NCBI GenBank assembly: GCA_963727805.1
Contig: CAVSHF010000005.1
Span: forward strand, 576,001 to 640,000
Length of the DNA stretch: 64,000 nucleotides
Direction: 5' to 3'
From: an uncultured Nitrospiraceae bacterium
GTDB taxonomy: Bacteria > Nitrospirota > Thermodesulfovibrionia > Thermodesulfovibrionales > Dissulfurispiraceae
The position numbers and the translations under genes were made by a program. The notes below the pieces were generated by a model. It had not been told where the DNA came from. It was given only the letters and a program-made list of their open reading frames with translations, and did not search any database. Below are positions 1 through 12,513 of this stretch, piece after piece (position 1 is the stretch's first letter; each line of letters opens with the position of its first letter).

Positions 1-354
1 GCAGTAACGGAAGAGGGGAGCGTTTTCATACGAGCAGAAAGGCAGCTTCCCGAAGGCATGGAGAATGCTGAATCCTACATCCAGATGCTGGATAACAGCC
101 GATGCAAGTCTTTCGGAGACGACGTTTACATCACTATCAGGGACACGGGAAGCGGTATACCGCTCGATATCCTGCCCCGAATAATGGACCCATTCTTTAC
201 GACAAAGGATGTTGGGAAAGGATCGGGTCTCGGCCTCTCAATTGTTCATGAAATCATTGACGAGCACGATGGCTGCATCAGGGTCCATAGCGAGGAAGGC
301 AAAGGCACGACCTTCATACTACGTCTGCCTGCAAAGGACGTCCGCTTTGAATAA
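1..354 (+). CDS. Sensor histidine kinase, C-terminal HATPase fragment (gene starts before the window)
   Basis: Frame is open from base 1; G1/F/G2 boxes [23 protein letters not shown]. Confidence 0.9.
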   Translation, partial: AVTEEGSVFIRAERQLPEGMENAESYIQMLDNSRCKSFGDDVYITIRDTGSGIPLDILPRIMDPFFTTKDVGKGSGLGLSIVHEIIDEHDGCIRVHSEEGKGTTFILRLPAKDVRFE

Positions 355-1705
355 CTCCATTAGAATACTCATTGTTGATGACGAAAGAATAGCGCTCAAG
401 AACCTCGAACATGTCATGAAAAAAGAAGAATACGACGTGGTCAGCACACAGAGCGGACAGAATGCCCTCAAGCTTCTCGAAGAGCAGCAATTTGACGTAA
501 TCCTCACGGATCTCAAGATGGAGAAGGTTGATGGAATGCAGGTGCTTAAAAAGAGCAAAGAGCTATACCCCGATTCCGAAGTAATCATAATAACCGGGTT
601 TGCAACGCTCGATTCTGCGGTAAAAGGAATGAAGCATGGGGCTTTTTATTATATCGCAAAGCCTTTCAAGCTCGATGAGGTGCGCCAAGTCGTTAAAGAG
701 GCCGTCGAAAAAATACATCTGAAAAATGAGAACCGGCAGTTACGGGAGCAGCTCGAATCCTACAAGGGGAAGGTCAAAATCATAACCCAAAATACTGCTA
801 TGATGAGGCTTCTCGATACTGCGAGGCAGATCGCTCCCACCGATTGCAATGTCCTACTGAGCGGCGAAAGCGGCACCGGCAAAGAACTCTTCGCACGGCT
901 AATCCACATAGAAAGCAAGCGTTCAGAAGGGACCTTCTTCGCCATTAACTGCGGTGCCTTTACAGAAGAGTTGCTGGCAAACGAGCTTTTCGGCCATGAA
1001 AAGGGTGCTTTCACCAACGCATCAGCCATGAAGAACGGATTGATCGAGATGGCATCGGGAGGTACTCTGTTCCTCGACGAGGTAACTGAAATGACGCCCT
1101 CTATGCAGGTGAAACTGCTTCGGGTCATCCAGGAAAGAGAGGTCCTTCGGGTTGGCGCTACAAAGCCTATCAAGGTGGACGTCAGGTTTATCGCCGCTAC
1201 AAACAGGGACATCCATGACGTCATCAAATCAGGCAGTTTCAGACAAGACCTCTATTTTAGACTGAATGTCGTATCGCTGCATATCCCGCCTCTGTCGGAG
1301 CGCAAGGACGATATCCCCCTGCTCTGCTACTACTTCCTGACAAAATACTCGACTCTCATGAAAAAGGATGTTTCTGACATATCGGCGGATGTAATGGAAC
1401 TCCTTTCTAACTATGATTTTCCAGGAAATGTCCGGGAGCTCGAAAATATAATAGAGCGGGGCGTCGCCCTCGCCGGTAGTAACACCATAGAAATATCAGG
1501 TCTCCCTGATGACCTGAAAGAACTTAACATCAAGATATTCAGGAAGAAGGGAGGTAAGATCCCATCACTCGAAGATCAGGAAAGGGATTATATCACATGG
1601 GTGCTGACCGAGTTTGGGGGCAACAGGACTCTTGCCGCCCAGACGCTCGGCATCGACCGCGTATCTCTCTGGCGGAAGCTGAAGAAATACGGACTTGAGG
1701 AATAA
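347..1705 (+). CDS. Sigma54-dependent response regulator (REC-AAA+-Fis HTH, NtrC/AtoC type)
   Basis: REC ILIVDDE..TDLKM, Walker A GESGTGKE, GAFTNA loop, LFLDEV, C-terminal HTH. Start placed at TTG 347 after AAGGA, overlapping the kinase stop. Confidence 0.92.
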   Translation: MNNSIRILIVDDERIALKNLEHVMKKEEYDVVSTQSGQNALKLLEEQQFDVILTDLKMEKVDGMQVLKKSKELYPDSEVIIITGFATLDSAVKGMKHGAFYYIAKPFKLDEVRQVVKEAVEKIHLKNENRQLREQLESYKGKVKIITQNTAMMRLLDTARQIAPTDCNVLLSGESGTGKELFARLIHIESKRSEGTFFAINCGAFTEELLANELFGHEKGAFTNASAMKNGLIEMASGGTLFLDEVTEMTPSMQVKLLRVIQEREVLRVGATKPIKVDVRFIAATNRDIHDVIKSGSFRQDLYFRLNVVSLHIPPLSERKDDIPLLCYYFLTKYSTLMKKDVSDISADVMELLSNYDFPGNVRELENIIERGVALAGSNTIEISGLPDDLKELNIKIFRKKGGKIPSLEDQERDYITWVLTEFGGNRTLAAQTLGIDRVSLWRKLKKYGLEE

Positions 1706-1859
1706 CAGTTTCCCGACAATACAATACGGATGAATTGACTAAGGTTGCAAATACTTTTTTAAACATTAATGACAAAACATCCATGCTATGCAATTATATC
1801 AATACATAGATGGTCCGAAATGAGTATTCCGGGAATAAATAGAGAATTCGGGGGGTAGC

Positions 1860-2342
1860 ATGAAAGCAATGATTTTCAGAAGCGTTTTATTTGTGATTGC
1901 GATTATTTTTTCTGTCTCGCTGCTGTTGGGATGCTCAACTGAACCACCGAAAGCTACAGACAACCAGCCGCCAAGAGTCATAGACAAGATGACCCTGAGA
2001 GTGCTTTTCGACTACAACAAAGCAACACTTACAAAAAGTGATATTGTTGAGCTCGAGAAAGCAATAGATTTTGTAAAAAAATACCCCGGCTCCCGCATCA
2101 TACTTGAAGGACATACTGACAACCTTGGCCCGGATAAATATAATCTGGAACTTTCTCAAAAAAGGGCGGAAGCGGTGAGGCAACACCTCATTCAGGCAGG
2201 CGCCGTTGCCGAAGCACGGATTGTGGCAACGGGGTTCGGCCAGACGAAACCTATCGCACCCAACAAGACAAAAGAAGGCAAGGATAATCCCGAGGGAAGG
2301 GCCCAGAATAGAAGAGTCGAGATTATTATAATGTCCGATTAA
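1860..2342 (+). CDS. OmpA/Pal-family peptidoglycan-binding lipoprotein
   Basis: Lipobox LLGC; FDYNKA, EGHTDNLG..YNLELSQKRA, NRRVEI motifs. Confidence 0.9.
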   Translation: MKAMIFRSVLFVIAIIFSVSLLLGCSTEPPKATDNQPPRVIDKMTLRVLFDYNKATLTKSDIVELEKAIDFVKKYPGSRIILEGHTDNLGPDKYNLELSQKRAEAVRQHLIQAGAVAEARIVATGFGQTKPIAPNKTKEGKDNPEGRAQNRRVEIIIMSD

Positions 2343-2677
2343 ACTTTTTCCGACGATACATTCTTATTGATCAGCGGCGCATAAGCTTCAAATCCCGCTA
2401 TGCCCAACTGCTTCAACCTGCTCAGTTCTGGCGTACGATGCGCAGGAAGGTGATAGCGGCGATTTTTGCCGTTCAGCATCTTCATAGGTTGGTCTTTTCT
2501 CTTTCATTTTTTGTTATCACAACAAATTAAGCTTTCTACACACCGCGCAAGATTACTATACCAAACCACGTCAAGCACATTATTATGCATTTAATATTGA
2601 CTTTACTATATTTTATATCGTATTATTATATTAATACTGTATTTTATGCTGTTAATATGGCTAAGGAGGTGTTTGTC

Positions 2678-3151
2678 GTGTCATTTGATTTTGATAATTT
2701 TGACAAAGAAATAATCAGTATTCTTCAAAACAATGCATCAATATCTAATATAGAATTGTCAAAAAAAATAGGATTGTCGCCTTCTGCATGTCTCAGCCGG
2801 ACGAAGAGGCTTGAAGAACTAGGGGTAATAAAACAATATGCTGCAATAATTGACAACCAAAAAGTCGGCCTAGAAATAGTTGCGTTTACTTTTGTGAATT
2901 TATCTCCGCACAACAGGCGTACTTCAACCGCCTTTCAGTCAAAAGTAAAGGAAACGCCACAAATCTTGGAGTGTTATAACATTACCGGGACGTGGGATTA
3001 TTTGTTGAAGGTAGTATCCCGCGATATAGCTTCTTATCGTGACTTTATCATCGATTCACTTCTGGAATTCCCAGGGGTAAATAAGATCGAAACAAACATC
3101 GTTTTAAGTACCGACAAGCAAAGTTTCAGTTTGCCTATTGCGCTGGATTGA
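2678..3151 (+). CDS. Lrp/AsnC family transcriptional regulator
   Basis: DKEIISILQNNASISNIELSKKIGLSPSACLSRTKRLEELGVI HTH, ECYNITGTWDYLLKV; GTG start after AGGAGG. Confidence 0.9.
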   Translation: MSFDFDNFDKEIISILQNNASISNIELSKKIGLSPSACLSRTKRLEELGVIKQYAAIIDNQKVGLEIVAFTFVNLSPHNRRTSTAFQSKVKETPQILECYNITGTWDYLLKVVSRDIASYRDFIIDSLLEFPGVNKIETNIVLSTDKQSFSLPIALD

Positions 3152-3165
3152 TTATCAAGTGATGA

Positions 3166-4506
<1,341 letters not shown>

Positions 4507-4528
4507 AACTGCTATAATAGGAGGCACT

Positions 4529-5461
4529 ATGAACATATTGCAGGACATAACGAAAACAGTGGGCGGAACACCGTTGGTGAAGATAAATCGTCTCTCCACA
4601 GGATTGCCGGGGACCATTGTCGCAAAACTTGAGTCCTTCAACCCTCTGTCGAGCGTAAAAGATCGCATCGGGGTTGCGATGATCGAGGCTGCCGAAAAAG
4701 AAGGCTTAATTGACAAGGATACGGTAATCGTCGAACCGACAAGCGGCAACACCGGCATTGCCCTCGCCTTCGTCTGCGCGGCCAAAGGATATCGGCTCAT
4801 CCTGACAATGCCCGAGACAATGAGCCTCGAAAGGCGGCAGTTGCTTAAGATCTTTGGGGCAGAACTCATTCTGACCGAAGGCGCAAAAGGCATGCGCGGC
4901 GCTATCTCAAAGGCGGAAGAAATACTGAAAGAGCATCCGAAGAGCTACATGCCGCAACAGTTTAATAATCCCTCTAATCCTGATATCCATCGCAGGACTA
5001 CCGCCGAGGAGATTTGGCGTGCCACGGATGGCAAGGTGGATATCTTTGTGGCAGGCGTCGGCACAGGAGGCACTATCACAGGCGTCGGGGAAGTCCTGAA
5101 AGGGAAAAAGCCTTCATTGAAAATCGTCGCCGTTGAGCCGGCCGATTCAGCCGTACTTTCGGGCGGCCAGCCTGGACCGCATAAGATCCAGGGCATCGGC
5201 GCGGGCTTTATACCGTCGGTGCTGAACACTAACGTTTACGATGAAATAATAAAAGTGGCTAATGACGATGCTGGAGATGTGGCGCGCAAACTGGCTCGAC
5301 TGGAAGGAATTTTCGCCGGCATATCGAGTGGTGCAGCCATGTGGGCGGCCCTTGAGGTAGCTAAACGCAGAGAATCTGAAGGCAAGACTATTGTGGTCCT
5401 GCTCCCCGACACTGGGGAACGCTATCTCTCCACCTGGCTCTTTCAGGAGTTTCTAGGTTGA
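4529..5461 (+). CDS. cysK: Cysteine synthase A
   Basis: [52 protein letters not shown]. Confidence 0.96.
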   Translation: MNILQDITKTVGGTPLVKINRLSTGLPGTIVAKLESFNPLSSVKDRIGVAMIEAAEKEGLIDKDTVIVEPTSGNTGIALAFVCAAKGYRLILTMPETMSLERRQLLKIFGAELILTEGAKGMRGAISKAEEILKEHPKSYMPQQFNNPSNPDIHRRTTAEEIWRATDGKVDIFVAGVGTGGTITGVGEVLKGKKPSLKIVAVEPADSAVLSGGQPGPHKIQGIGAGFIPSVLNTNVYDEIIKVANDDAGDVARKLARLEGIFAGISSGAAMWAALEVAKRRESEGKTIVVLLPDTGERYLSTWLFQEFLG

Positions 5462-6606
5462 AGAAAAAAGGCGTAGGGATTGTCGAGACGCTGTCTTTCA
5501 CGTTCGCGCAGCCGCCGGATGAGATCGTCCTCGAATCCGGGCAGAAGCTCGGTCCCATAACGCTTGCCTACGAAACGTATGGCACTCTCGACAAAAACCA
5601 CAGTAATGCCATCCTTGTACTCCACGCCTTTTCAGGGGACGCCCATGCCGCGGGCTATCACACGGGCGATGAAAAGCCGGGGTGGTGGGACGATATGATC
5701 GGGCCGGGAAAAGCCCTTGACACCGACAAGTTTTTTATCATCTGCCCCAATGTCATCGGCGGGTGCAAGGGCAGCACAGGGCCTTCGTCGATCAATCCCG
5801 ATACCGGAGAACCCTACGCCCTCGATTTCCCCGGTATCACCATCGCCGATATGGTCAATACTCAGACACACCTTATTAACCATCTCGGTATCCGGAAATT
5901 ACTCTGTGTGATCGGCGGATCAATGGGGGGGATGCAGGTCCTGCAATGGGTAGCAGCCTATCCCGATCGCATATGCTCAGCTATTCCCATTGCAACGACC
6001 CTGAAGCATTCACCTCAACAGATCGCTTTCAACGAGGTGGGGCGTCAATCAGTCATGGCAGACCCCGCCTGGAACCACGGCAACTATTATGGAAAGTCAC
6101 GGCCTGAACGTGGCCTCGCCATTGCGCGCATGATTGGGCATATCACATTCATGAGCGATAAATCTATGGAGGAAAAATTCTCCAGAAGGCTGAAGGACAA
6201 GGACTACAGTTACCGCTTCCAAACCGATTTCGAGGTCGAGGGATATCTGAAATACAAGGGCGACAGCTTCGTGCGTCGCTTTGACGCGAACTCCTATCTC
6301 TACATAACGAAGGCCATCGATTATTTCGACCTTCCGGGCCCGAAACTCATCCCGACCTGCAAGCCTATCGATGTCCGTTTTCTCGTTATTGCCTTCCAGT
6401 CAGACTGGCTTTATCCGCCCTATCAGTCACAGGAAATAGTCAGGCAGCTGAAGATGCGACACATCGATGCCACGTACATGGAGATTAAATCGACGTATGG
6501 TCATGACGCATTCCTCCTGGAAATCGAAGAAGAGACGATGCTGATACGCCATTTTCTGAACAGGATCACCTGCGAAAACGAAGAAACAAACCTCTATGAA
6601 ATCTGA
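5458..6606 (+). CDS. metX: Homoserine O-acetyltransferase
   Basis: [14 protein letters not shown], nucleophile GGSMGG, YGHDAFL; TTG start overlaps the cysK stop. Confidence 0.94.
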   Translation: MKKKGVGIVETLSFTFAQPPDEIVLESGQKLGPITLAYETYGTLDKNHSNAILVLHAFSGDAHAAGYHTGDEKPGWWDDMIGPGKALDTDKFFIICPNVIGGCKGSTGPSSINPDTGEPYALDFPGITIADMVNTQTHLINHLGIRKLLCVIGGSMGGMQVLQWVAAYPDRICSAIPIATTLKHSPQQIAFNEVGRQSVMADPAWNHGNYYGKSRPERGLAIARMIGHITFMSDKSMEEKFSRRLKDKDYSYRFQTDFEVEGYLKYKGDSFVRRFDANSYLYITKAIDYFDLPGPKLIPTCKPIDVRFLVIAFQSDWLYPPYQSQEIVRQLKMRHIDATYMEIKSTYGHDAFLLEIEEETMLIRHFLNRITCENEETNLYEI

Positions 6607-7189
6607 CAGCGTCCGCCTTGACCATATAGTCATCCTGGACATCGTTGAACCCGATTCAAGGGTGCTTGACCTCGGCTGCGGTGATGGCTCGCTCCTTCAA
6701 CTGCTGGTGACAGAAAAAAATGCCCGCGCTCAGGGGATCGAATTCGCCGACTCGCAAATCTACAAATGTGTCGCCAGAGGAGTGAGTGTGTTCCATGGAG
6801 ACATCGACACGGGCCTGTCCGAATACCCTGATCAATCTTTTGATTACATTATCCTGAACCAGAGCATGCAGGAGGTGGTCAAGGTCGATTTTGTCCTCAG
6901 CGAAGCCCTCCGTGTCGGACAAAAAGTTATCGTCGGGTTCTCTAACTTCGCTTATTACAAGGCCCGCATGGATCTCTTTTTTAAAGGGAGAGTACCGGTT
7001 ACTGAGTCTCTGCCTAATCAATGGTACGCCACTCCGAACCTGCACTTTCTGAGTATCCGGGACTTCGAGGATTACTGTGCCCACAAGAACGTCAGGATAC
7101 TGGCCAAATACTGTCTTGGAGAGCACACGCTTATCCACTTACTGCCCAATCTCCGCGCCCTCAATGCCATCTTCGTTATTTCAAAATGA
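6596..7189 (+). CDS. metW: Methionine biosynthesis protein MetW
   Basis: [13 protein letters not shown] motif, [15 protein letters not shown]; overlaps metX. Confidence 0.92.
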   Translation: MKSDSVRLDHIVILDIVEPDSRVLDLGCGDGSLLQLLVTEKNARAQGIEFADSQIYKCVARGVSVFHGDIDTGLSEYPDQSFDYIILNQSMQEVVKVDFVLSEALRVGQKVIVGFSNFAYYKARMDLFFKGRVPVTESLPNQWYATPNLHFLSIRDFEDYCAHKNVRILAKYCLGEHTLIHLLPNLRALNAIFVISK

Positions 7190-7191
7190 CT

Positions 7192-9165
7192 TCAGTCCGC
7201 ATTCACAGACTCACCTGTCGGAACGGTCACAGTAATTTTAGTACCCTTATTCGGGCCGCTGCTCACCTGGACATTTCCTCCCCATGGATAGACACGCTCG
7301 CGCATCCCCAGAAGTCCGAAGGAATTGGATCCTAAAATCTCTTCTTCTGCGATCCCTTTGCCGTTATCGCTGACTTCCAGTATTACCTTACCATCTTCTT
7401 CAGTCAGGTTGACCATAACTCTACTCGCATTGGCGTGGTGATGTATATTTGTCAGTGCTTCCTGAAAAATTCTGAAAATGGCCATTGTGCGGTCGCGGTC
7501 CAACTTAATGTCATCCTGCACGGCAACTTCGCATGGAACGCCTGTCCTGTTCTGAAATTCTCCCGCCTGCCATTTGATTGCTGCACTAATCCCCAGCATG
7601 TCAGGTATCCCAGGCCTGAGTTCCGTGCATATCTTCTTCACCGATTTAATTGATGCCTCTATGTGATTCAAGGTCGCCGCTGTCTTTTTAAGAATCACTT
7701 CGTCATCAGAATATTTGCTATTTAACCAAGCAATGTCTATCTTTATGACTGCCATAATCTGACCAATTTCATCATGTATTTCACGGGCGATGTTTGCCCG
7801 TTCTTCCTCTCTCACGTACTGCAGATTCATATAAAGATTTCGCAAACTCTCCTGATTCTGCATCAATTCACTCTGTACCTTAGCCAATTCAGAAGTTCGT
7901 TCCCGAACTCTTGTTTCAAATTTCTCGTGGGATTGTTGAAGTGCATCTTCCACTCTTTTACGGATCTTCACTTCTGTTATCAAGTGATCATTAAGCTTTG
8001 ATAGCTCTATAGTACGCTCCTCTACTCGGTGTTCCAACTCATCGTACGCTTTCTGCAGCGACTCTTTCGCCTGTTTGCGATCATCGATATCCTGTGCCAA
8101 TGCCGTGGCCATCAGATCGAAACTCTTCCCCAATAGGCCTATTTCATCCTGTTCGCCAGCCATATCAACCCTGGCACTCAGATTCCCATTCGCGAGTTCA
8201 TGAGTCGCTTCAACAAGTTTTTCCATTCGTCGCTTTATGAGGAAATCACCGAAAAACCAAGCCGCTGCCCCTGAGATAATCGCTGTAATCAATAGCCATA
8301 TTAGGCCTTGAAGCAGTATTCGATTAACCTTGGAATAAGCTACCTTGGGGGAAATACCACAACAAATAAACATGCCATTGTCAGTTCCTTTAATTGGAAT
8401 AAATGAGAATATTCGTTGCGTTCCAGACAAACCGATTGTTTCAAATGTTCCTTCCTTTCGTTCCAGGATAGTTTTTACAATAGGTGACTCTGACAGATTT
8501 CTGCCTATCCCCTGTTCCGCATCTGGATAACGGGACAAGATGGTTCCCTCACTATCAATCAGAAAGATCTCTGCTTCCTTAGGTACTTGTTTTTTTGTAA
8601 GTTGTTCGCTCAACCATTGCAGGTCGATGGTTATACTGACAACCGCTTTAAGCCGCCCTTCCCTATCCTTTACCGGCAGGGCCGCACTAATCAAGGGGTT
8701 ACCTGTAATCTTTCCTATTTGATATATTCCAAAGTAATATTCTCCAGTTTCAACTACCCGCTGAAACCAGAGACGATCCACAACATTTATTCCCTTTTCA
8801 AAAGGAAGCGGACTACAGAATATTTTACCATCAGGTTTTACTGCCATGACATTGCCATACATCGGCAAACGTTTTTTCAATAGTGAGAAGTATTCATTGC
8901 AGGCAGTTGAATCATGATTACGGACTGAACGAAGTTCCGAAATGACCGAGAGGACTTGTCGAGATCCCTCAGCCAACTGCTCAATATTACTAGCGGCAAT
9001 CTTAACCGTGTCCAGGGTGTCTACCCTTATTTCAACTTCGCTGTTCTTCTTTTGCTCGGAGGCTATGAACAACACAAGCATAAATGCTGGAATTACTGAG
9101 ATAAAAACAAGGATGAGAAGACGGACTCGCAGACTCAATAAAGACAGACGGCTGATCATTATCAA
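7192..9165 (-). CDS. Membrane sensor histidine kinase (Cache-HAMP-HisKA_3-HATPase; NarX/UhpB-type kinase core)
   Basis: Two TM segments, EERANIAREIHDEIGQ, FRIFQEALTN, DNGKG, FGLLGMRER. Confidence 0.9.
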   Translation of the reverse strand: MIMISRLSLLSLRVRLLILVFISVIPAFMLVLFIASEQKKNSEVEIRVDTLDTVKIAASNIEQLAEGSRQVLSVISELRSVRNHDSTACNEYFSLLKKRLPMYGNVMAVKPDGKIFCSPLPFEKGINVVDRLWFQRVVETGEYYFGIYQIGKITGNPLISAALPVKDREGRLKAVVSITIDLQWLSEQLTKKQVPKEAEIFLIDSEGTILSRYPDAEQGIGRNLSESPIVKTILERKEGTFETIGLSGTQRIFSFIPIKGTDNGMFICCGISPKVAYSKVNRILLQGLIWLLITAIISGAAAWFFGDFLIKRRMEKLVEATHELANGNLSARVDMAGEQDEIGLLGKSFDLMATALAQDIDDRKQAKESLQKAYDELEHRVEERTIELSKLNDHLITEVKIRKRVEDALQQSHEKFETRVRERTSELAKVQSELMQNQESLRNLYMNLQYVREEERANIAREIHDEIGQIMAVIKIDIAWLNSKYSDDEVILKKTAATLNHIEASIKSVKKICTELRPGIPDMLGISAAIKWQAGEFQNRTGVPCEVAVQDDIKLDRDRTMAIFRIFQEALTNIHHHANASRVMVNLTEEDGKVILEVSDNGKGIAEEEILGSNSFGLLGMRERVYPWGGNVQVSSGPNKGTKITVTVPTGESVNAD

Positions 9166-9184
9166 ACCCCGGAAGAAGACCTCT

Positions 9185-9346
9185 CTACTGGTCTCGACTA
9201 AGTATTTTGATTTCTTCGATCAATTCTGAGGGGGTAATAATCCCTTTTTTTAACAGCAGGTTAATCAACGCCTCTTGTTCAAGGACGCTGCTTATTATCA
9301 ATTCCTCCAAGGTTTCGGTTTCATTTCGCTTGTTTTCATCGCTCAT
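9185..9346 (-). CDS. Small hypothetical protein (53 aa), absent from the ORF track
   Basis: GAGGAG SD, then MSDENKRNETETLEELIISSVLEQEALINLLLKKGIITPSELIEEIKILSRDQ; ends 19 bp before the kinase. Confidence 0.65.
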   Translation of the reverse strand: MSDENKRNETETLEELIISSVLEQEALINLLLKKGIITPSELIEEIKILSRDQ

Positions 9347-9510
9347 GATCAGCACTCCTCAAATGTAATCACTCTCAAATATTAATCTGCATTAAACGAA
9401 CGTATGATTATAACAGATTTAGTAAAATGTAGAGACCGGAAGAAAGACTGAGCATCATTCAGCGATGCTGTTTAATCAGACTTCCCCCTCTGCTATTTGT
9501 TATAGAACAT

Positions 9511-10835
9511 CACTAGTGTCCGGTTAAGAATCATATAGATTCAATTGGTTACGATTTACCATAGCATTTAATGCTGTGCCATTTTCCTGAAACGCTTGCT
9601 GCAAGGGCATTTTCTCGAAGATGGTGACCGATAGGATCTGTAACAACGTATAGAGCGAAACATCGAGATTGAGCCTTTTCTTGATGATAGCGATAAGAAC
9701 ATAAACGGAAACAGCGATCCAGATTTGGGATTTGACGGCATTTTCTGAAATGCCGTAGAAACGCTTTATGCGAAGATGTTGCTTGATCCATTTGAAGAAC
9801 AGTTCGATCTGCCAGCGGCTCTTGTATAGTGAGCATATGGTCAATGCTGGCAAGGTATGGTGATTGGTGAGAAACAGCAATGTTTTGCCGGACTCCGCGT
9901 CTTTGAAACGGATGCGGCGCAGATGGCCCGGAAAGTGTCTGCTGCTGTAATAACCATTCATGGCGATGGTCTGATCGCAGATCACGCCTGTAGTTCGATC
10001 TGCAGAGGCGGAATAAAGTCTTCTGGCATTCAGATTGGATTTGGCTCGGGTAACAAAAAAGCTGCCGGCCTGATGCAGGACATACAGACGCTCGAAGTCG
10101 AGATATGCTCGATCCATCACATAGAAGGCCCCGGCTTCTGGAATAAGCAGGTCCAGAACATTGATATCGTGAAGCTTGCCATCGGAGATATGAATAAAGC
10201 TTGGGATAGAACCCCTGAGGTCCATCAGCGTATGAACTTTTACGGCAGCCTTGGCAGTCCGAAAAGGAGCCCAAGGAAACATCGACAGGCAGAGGTCTAT
10301 GGTCGTAGAATCCAGAGCGTAGGCGGTATTGGAGATATCCACACCGAAGCTCTCTCCGGCATAGAGCTTTCTTGCTTGACCGATCAGCCGTTGAGCGAAG
10401 TCTGCGTAAATGCGCCAATCGCGAGATTCGTTGGCATCGGCCAGGGTCGAGCGACTGACTGGTCCTCGAAGGCCCATGTGATAAAGTTTTGCAGCTTGAG
10501 CCGACAAACAGGCTTCGATATCGCGGAGACTCTCCCGATAAGTAAGTTGCGCAAAAGCCATTATTCGAAATTGCTCGGCACAACGAAGACAGCGCACACG
10601 ATGGTCGCCGCTGTATTTCTGAACAATACGATGAAAAGTGCTCCACGGGAGAACGTCCATAATCTGAGCAAAAAGGGTCTTGCCTGTATTCATTGGTGCC
10701 TCCGGAACAACATGTTCCGAAACCATCACTGATATGCAGATGCAATTTCAAATCGACACCACCTTTTTTGCTCAGATTGCGATTGTTAATCATATGCTTA
10801 TGGGCTGCTTATTCATTTTTAACCGGACACTAATG
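9511..10835 (-). mobile_element. IS4-family insertion sequence, complete (1325 bp)
   Basis: Imperfect terminal IRs CACTAGTGTCCGGTTAA / TTAACCGGACACTAATG; 9-bp target duplication ATAGAACAT at 9502-9510 and 10836-10844. Confidence 0.93.
9524..10693 (-). CDS. IS4-family DDE transposase (DUF4372-like N-terminus)
   Basis: QLTYRESLRDIE, DSTTIDL, DRAY, YKSRWQIELFFKWIKQ (YREK motif); ATG after GGAGG. Confidence 0.93.
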   Translation of the reverse strand: MNTGKTLFAQIMDVLPWSTFHRIVQKYSGDHRVRCLRCAEQFRIMAFAQLTYRESLRDIEACLSAQAAKLYHMGLRGPVSRSTLADANESRDWRIYADFAQRLIGQARKLYAGESFGVDISNTAYALDSTTIDLCLSMFPWAPFRTAKAAVKVHTLMDLRGSIPSFIHISDGKLHDINVLDLLIPEAGAFYVMDRAYLDFERLYVLHQAGSFFVTRAKSNLNARRLYSASADRTTGVICDQTIAMNGYYSSRHFPGHLRRIRFKDAESGKTLLFLTNHHTLPALTICSLYKSRWQIELFFKWIKQHLRIKRFYGISENAVKSQIWIAVSVYVLIAIIKKRLNLDVSLYTLLQILSVTIFEKMPLQQAFQENGTALNAMVNRNQLNLYDS

Positions 10836-11038
10836 ATAGAACATATTGCTTTAGCATGGAAGTGAGTAAGATGTCATTGCCGAGCGATAAGATGAAAACA
10901 AGTGGAGTTAAAGTCCCCGCTATAAGGAGACGGTTAACTGCGTGCTAAAACAAAAATAGACGATCTGTTAAAAAAGCTTCCATTTCCGAAGCTCCATGGT
11001 CGGCCGGCTCATCATGTGAGAACAGTGAGAAAGGTGAT

Positions 11039-11447
11039 GTGGCAAGGCTGAATCTCGATACCGGGGTACTGACCCTCCAACAGGTCAACCTGATACTTAC
11101 ACATTTACCGGTCGATGTCACTTTTGTTAATGAGAGCTATGAGGTTGTATACTACTCTCAAACTAAAGAAAGGATATTCCCGAGAAGTCCCGGTGTTATC
11201 GGCAGAAAAGTCCAGAATTGTCATCCCCAGAAAAGTGTGGATACGGTCCAGAAAATCCTCGATGAATTTCCGGCGGGTAAAAAGGAAGGTGCTGATTTCT
11301 GGGTTCAGATGTGAGGACAGTTTTTCCGCATCAGGCCCTTCGCTCTGCGAGACAATTCTGGTAGTTAGGGGAACGCTTGAAGTATCCCGGGATGTCACCG
11401 ACATAAAGAAATTAGATGGCCAAAAAAGATTGCTGGATTGGGAATAA
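11039..11447 (+). pseudogene. Decayed PAS_10 (DUF438-type) domain fragment
   Basis: LPVDVTFV..IFPRSPGVIGRKVQNCHP is interrupted by TGA 11312 and a later TAG; the typical tail RGTLEVSRDVT..KRLLDWE continues in another frame. Confidence 0.75.
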
Positions 11448-11464
11448 AAGTAGGTGCGACTGTA

Positions 11465-12496
11465 ATGAAAGCAATGGTGTTAAACAGGATCTGCAACCTT
11501 ACTGAAGAAAGGGAGCCGCTCAAGCTGACAGAGGTGCCGGTGCCGGTGCCCGCTGAAAACGGTATCCTGGTAAAAGTATCTTCCTGCGGAGTCTGCCATA
11601 CCGAACTTGATGAGATAGAGGGGAGGACCCCGCCGCCACTGTTGCCGGTTATCATTGGACATCAGATCGTGGGAAAGATCGAAGCATTGGGCAAGAGTGC
11701 TTGCAAATTCGGCGTCGGCGATCGGGTCGGTATAGCCTGGATACATTCCGCTTGCGGGACATGCAGCTTCTGTCTTGATGGCAGGGAAAACCTCTGTGCG
11801 GATTTTGCCGCGACAGGCAGGGATGCAAATGGCGGCTACGCTGAATATACGACTGTTTCTGAAGATTTCGCGTACAATATCCCTGATATTTTTACGGATA
11901 CAGAGGCGGCCCCTCTTTTATGCGCCGGGGCAGTGGGCTTCCGCTCGCTCAGACTGACGGGCTTGATAAATGGGCAGAACCTTGGACTTATCGGATTCGG
12001 TGCATCGGCGCATATCGTTTTGCAAATGGTTAGACATAGGTATCCGGACTCGAAGGTCTTCGTCTTTTCCAGGACAATGGGCGAAAGAGCGTTTGCCAGA
12101 GAACTCGGCGCTTTCTGGTCCGGAGGTCTCGACGATCCGCTACCCCATAAACTCCATTGCGCGATCGATACTACACCCGTATGGAAGCCCGTAGTCGATA
12201 CATTAAAAAACCTTGAGCGTGGCGGCAGGCTTGTTGTCAACGCGATAAGAAAAGAAGAAGACGACAAAGATTATCTCCTTAAGCTTGACTACTCCAGGGA
12301 CGTCTGGATGGAAAAAGAGATTAAGAGTGTGACGAATGTTACAAGAAGAGATGTCAATGAATTTCTTCAAATCGCGTCAGGGATCCCGATCAGGCCCGAG
12401 ATACAGGAGTTTAAACTTCATGAAGCGAACAGGGCGTTAATGGAATTAAAACAACGAAAGATTCGTGGGGCGAAAGTCTTAAGAATAGGGGGATAA
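11465..12496 (+). CDS. Zinc-dependent alcohol dehydrogenase (AdhP-like)
   Basis: CGVCHTE, GHQIVG, structural Zn CGTCSFC..ENLC, APLLCAG, GFGASA. Confidence 0.9.
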   Translation: MKAMVLNRICNLTEEREPLKLTEVPVPVPAENGILVKVSSCGVCHTELDEIEGRTPPPLLPVIIGHQIVGKIEALGKSACKFGVGDRVGIAWIHSACGTCSFCLDGRENLCADFAATGRDANGGYAEYTTVSEDFAYNIPDIFTDTEAAPLLCAGAVGFRSLRLTGLINGQNLGLIGFGASAHIVLQMVRHRYPDSKVFVFSRTMGERAFARELGAFWSGGLDDPLPHKLHCAIDTTPVWKPVVDTLKNLERGGRLVVNAIRKEEDDKDYLLKLDYSRDVWMEKEIKSVTNVTRRDVNEFLQIASGIPIRPEIQEFKLHEANRALMELKQRKIRGAKVLRIGG

Positions 12497-12513
12497 GCAT
12501 CGCACGTCTACGT

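Noticed and set aside
209..346. N-terminal extension of the sigma54 regulator in the ORF track
   Set aside because: Overlaps the kinase CDS; the receiver domain starts at TTG 347 with an SD.
11312..11314. In-frame TGA in the PAS fragment as possible selenocysteine
   Set aside because: Followed by a TAG and a frameshift, not at a Cys-like position, and no SECIS-like hairpin seen; ordinary pseudogene decay.
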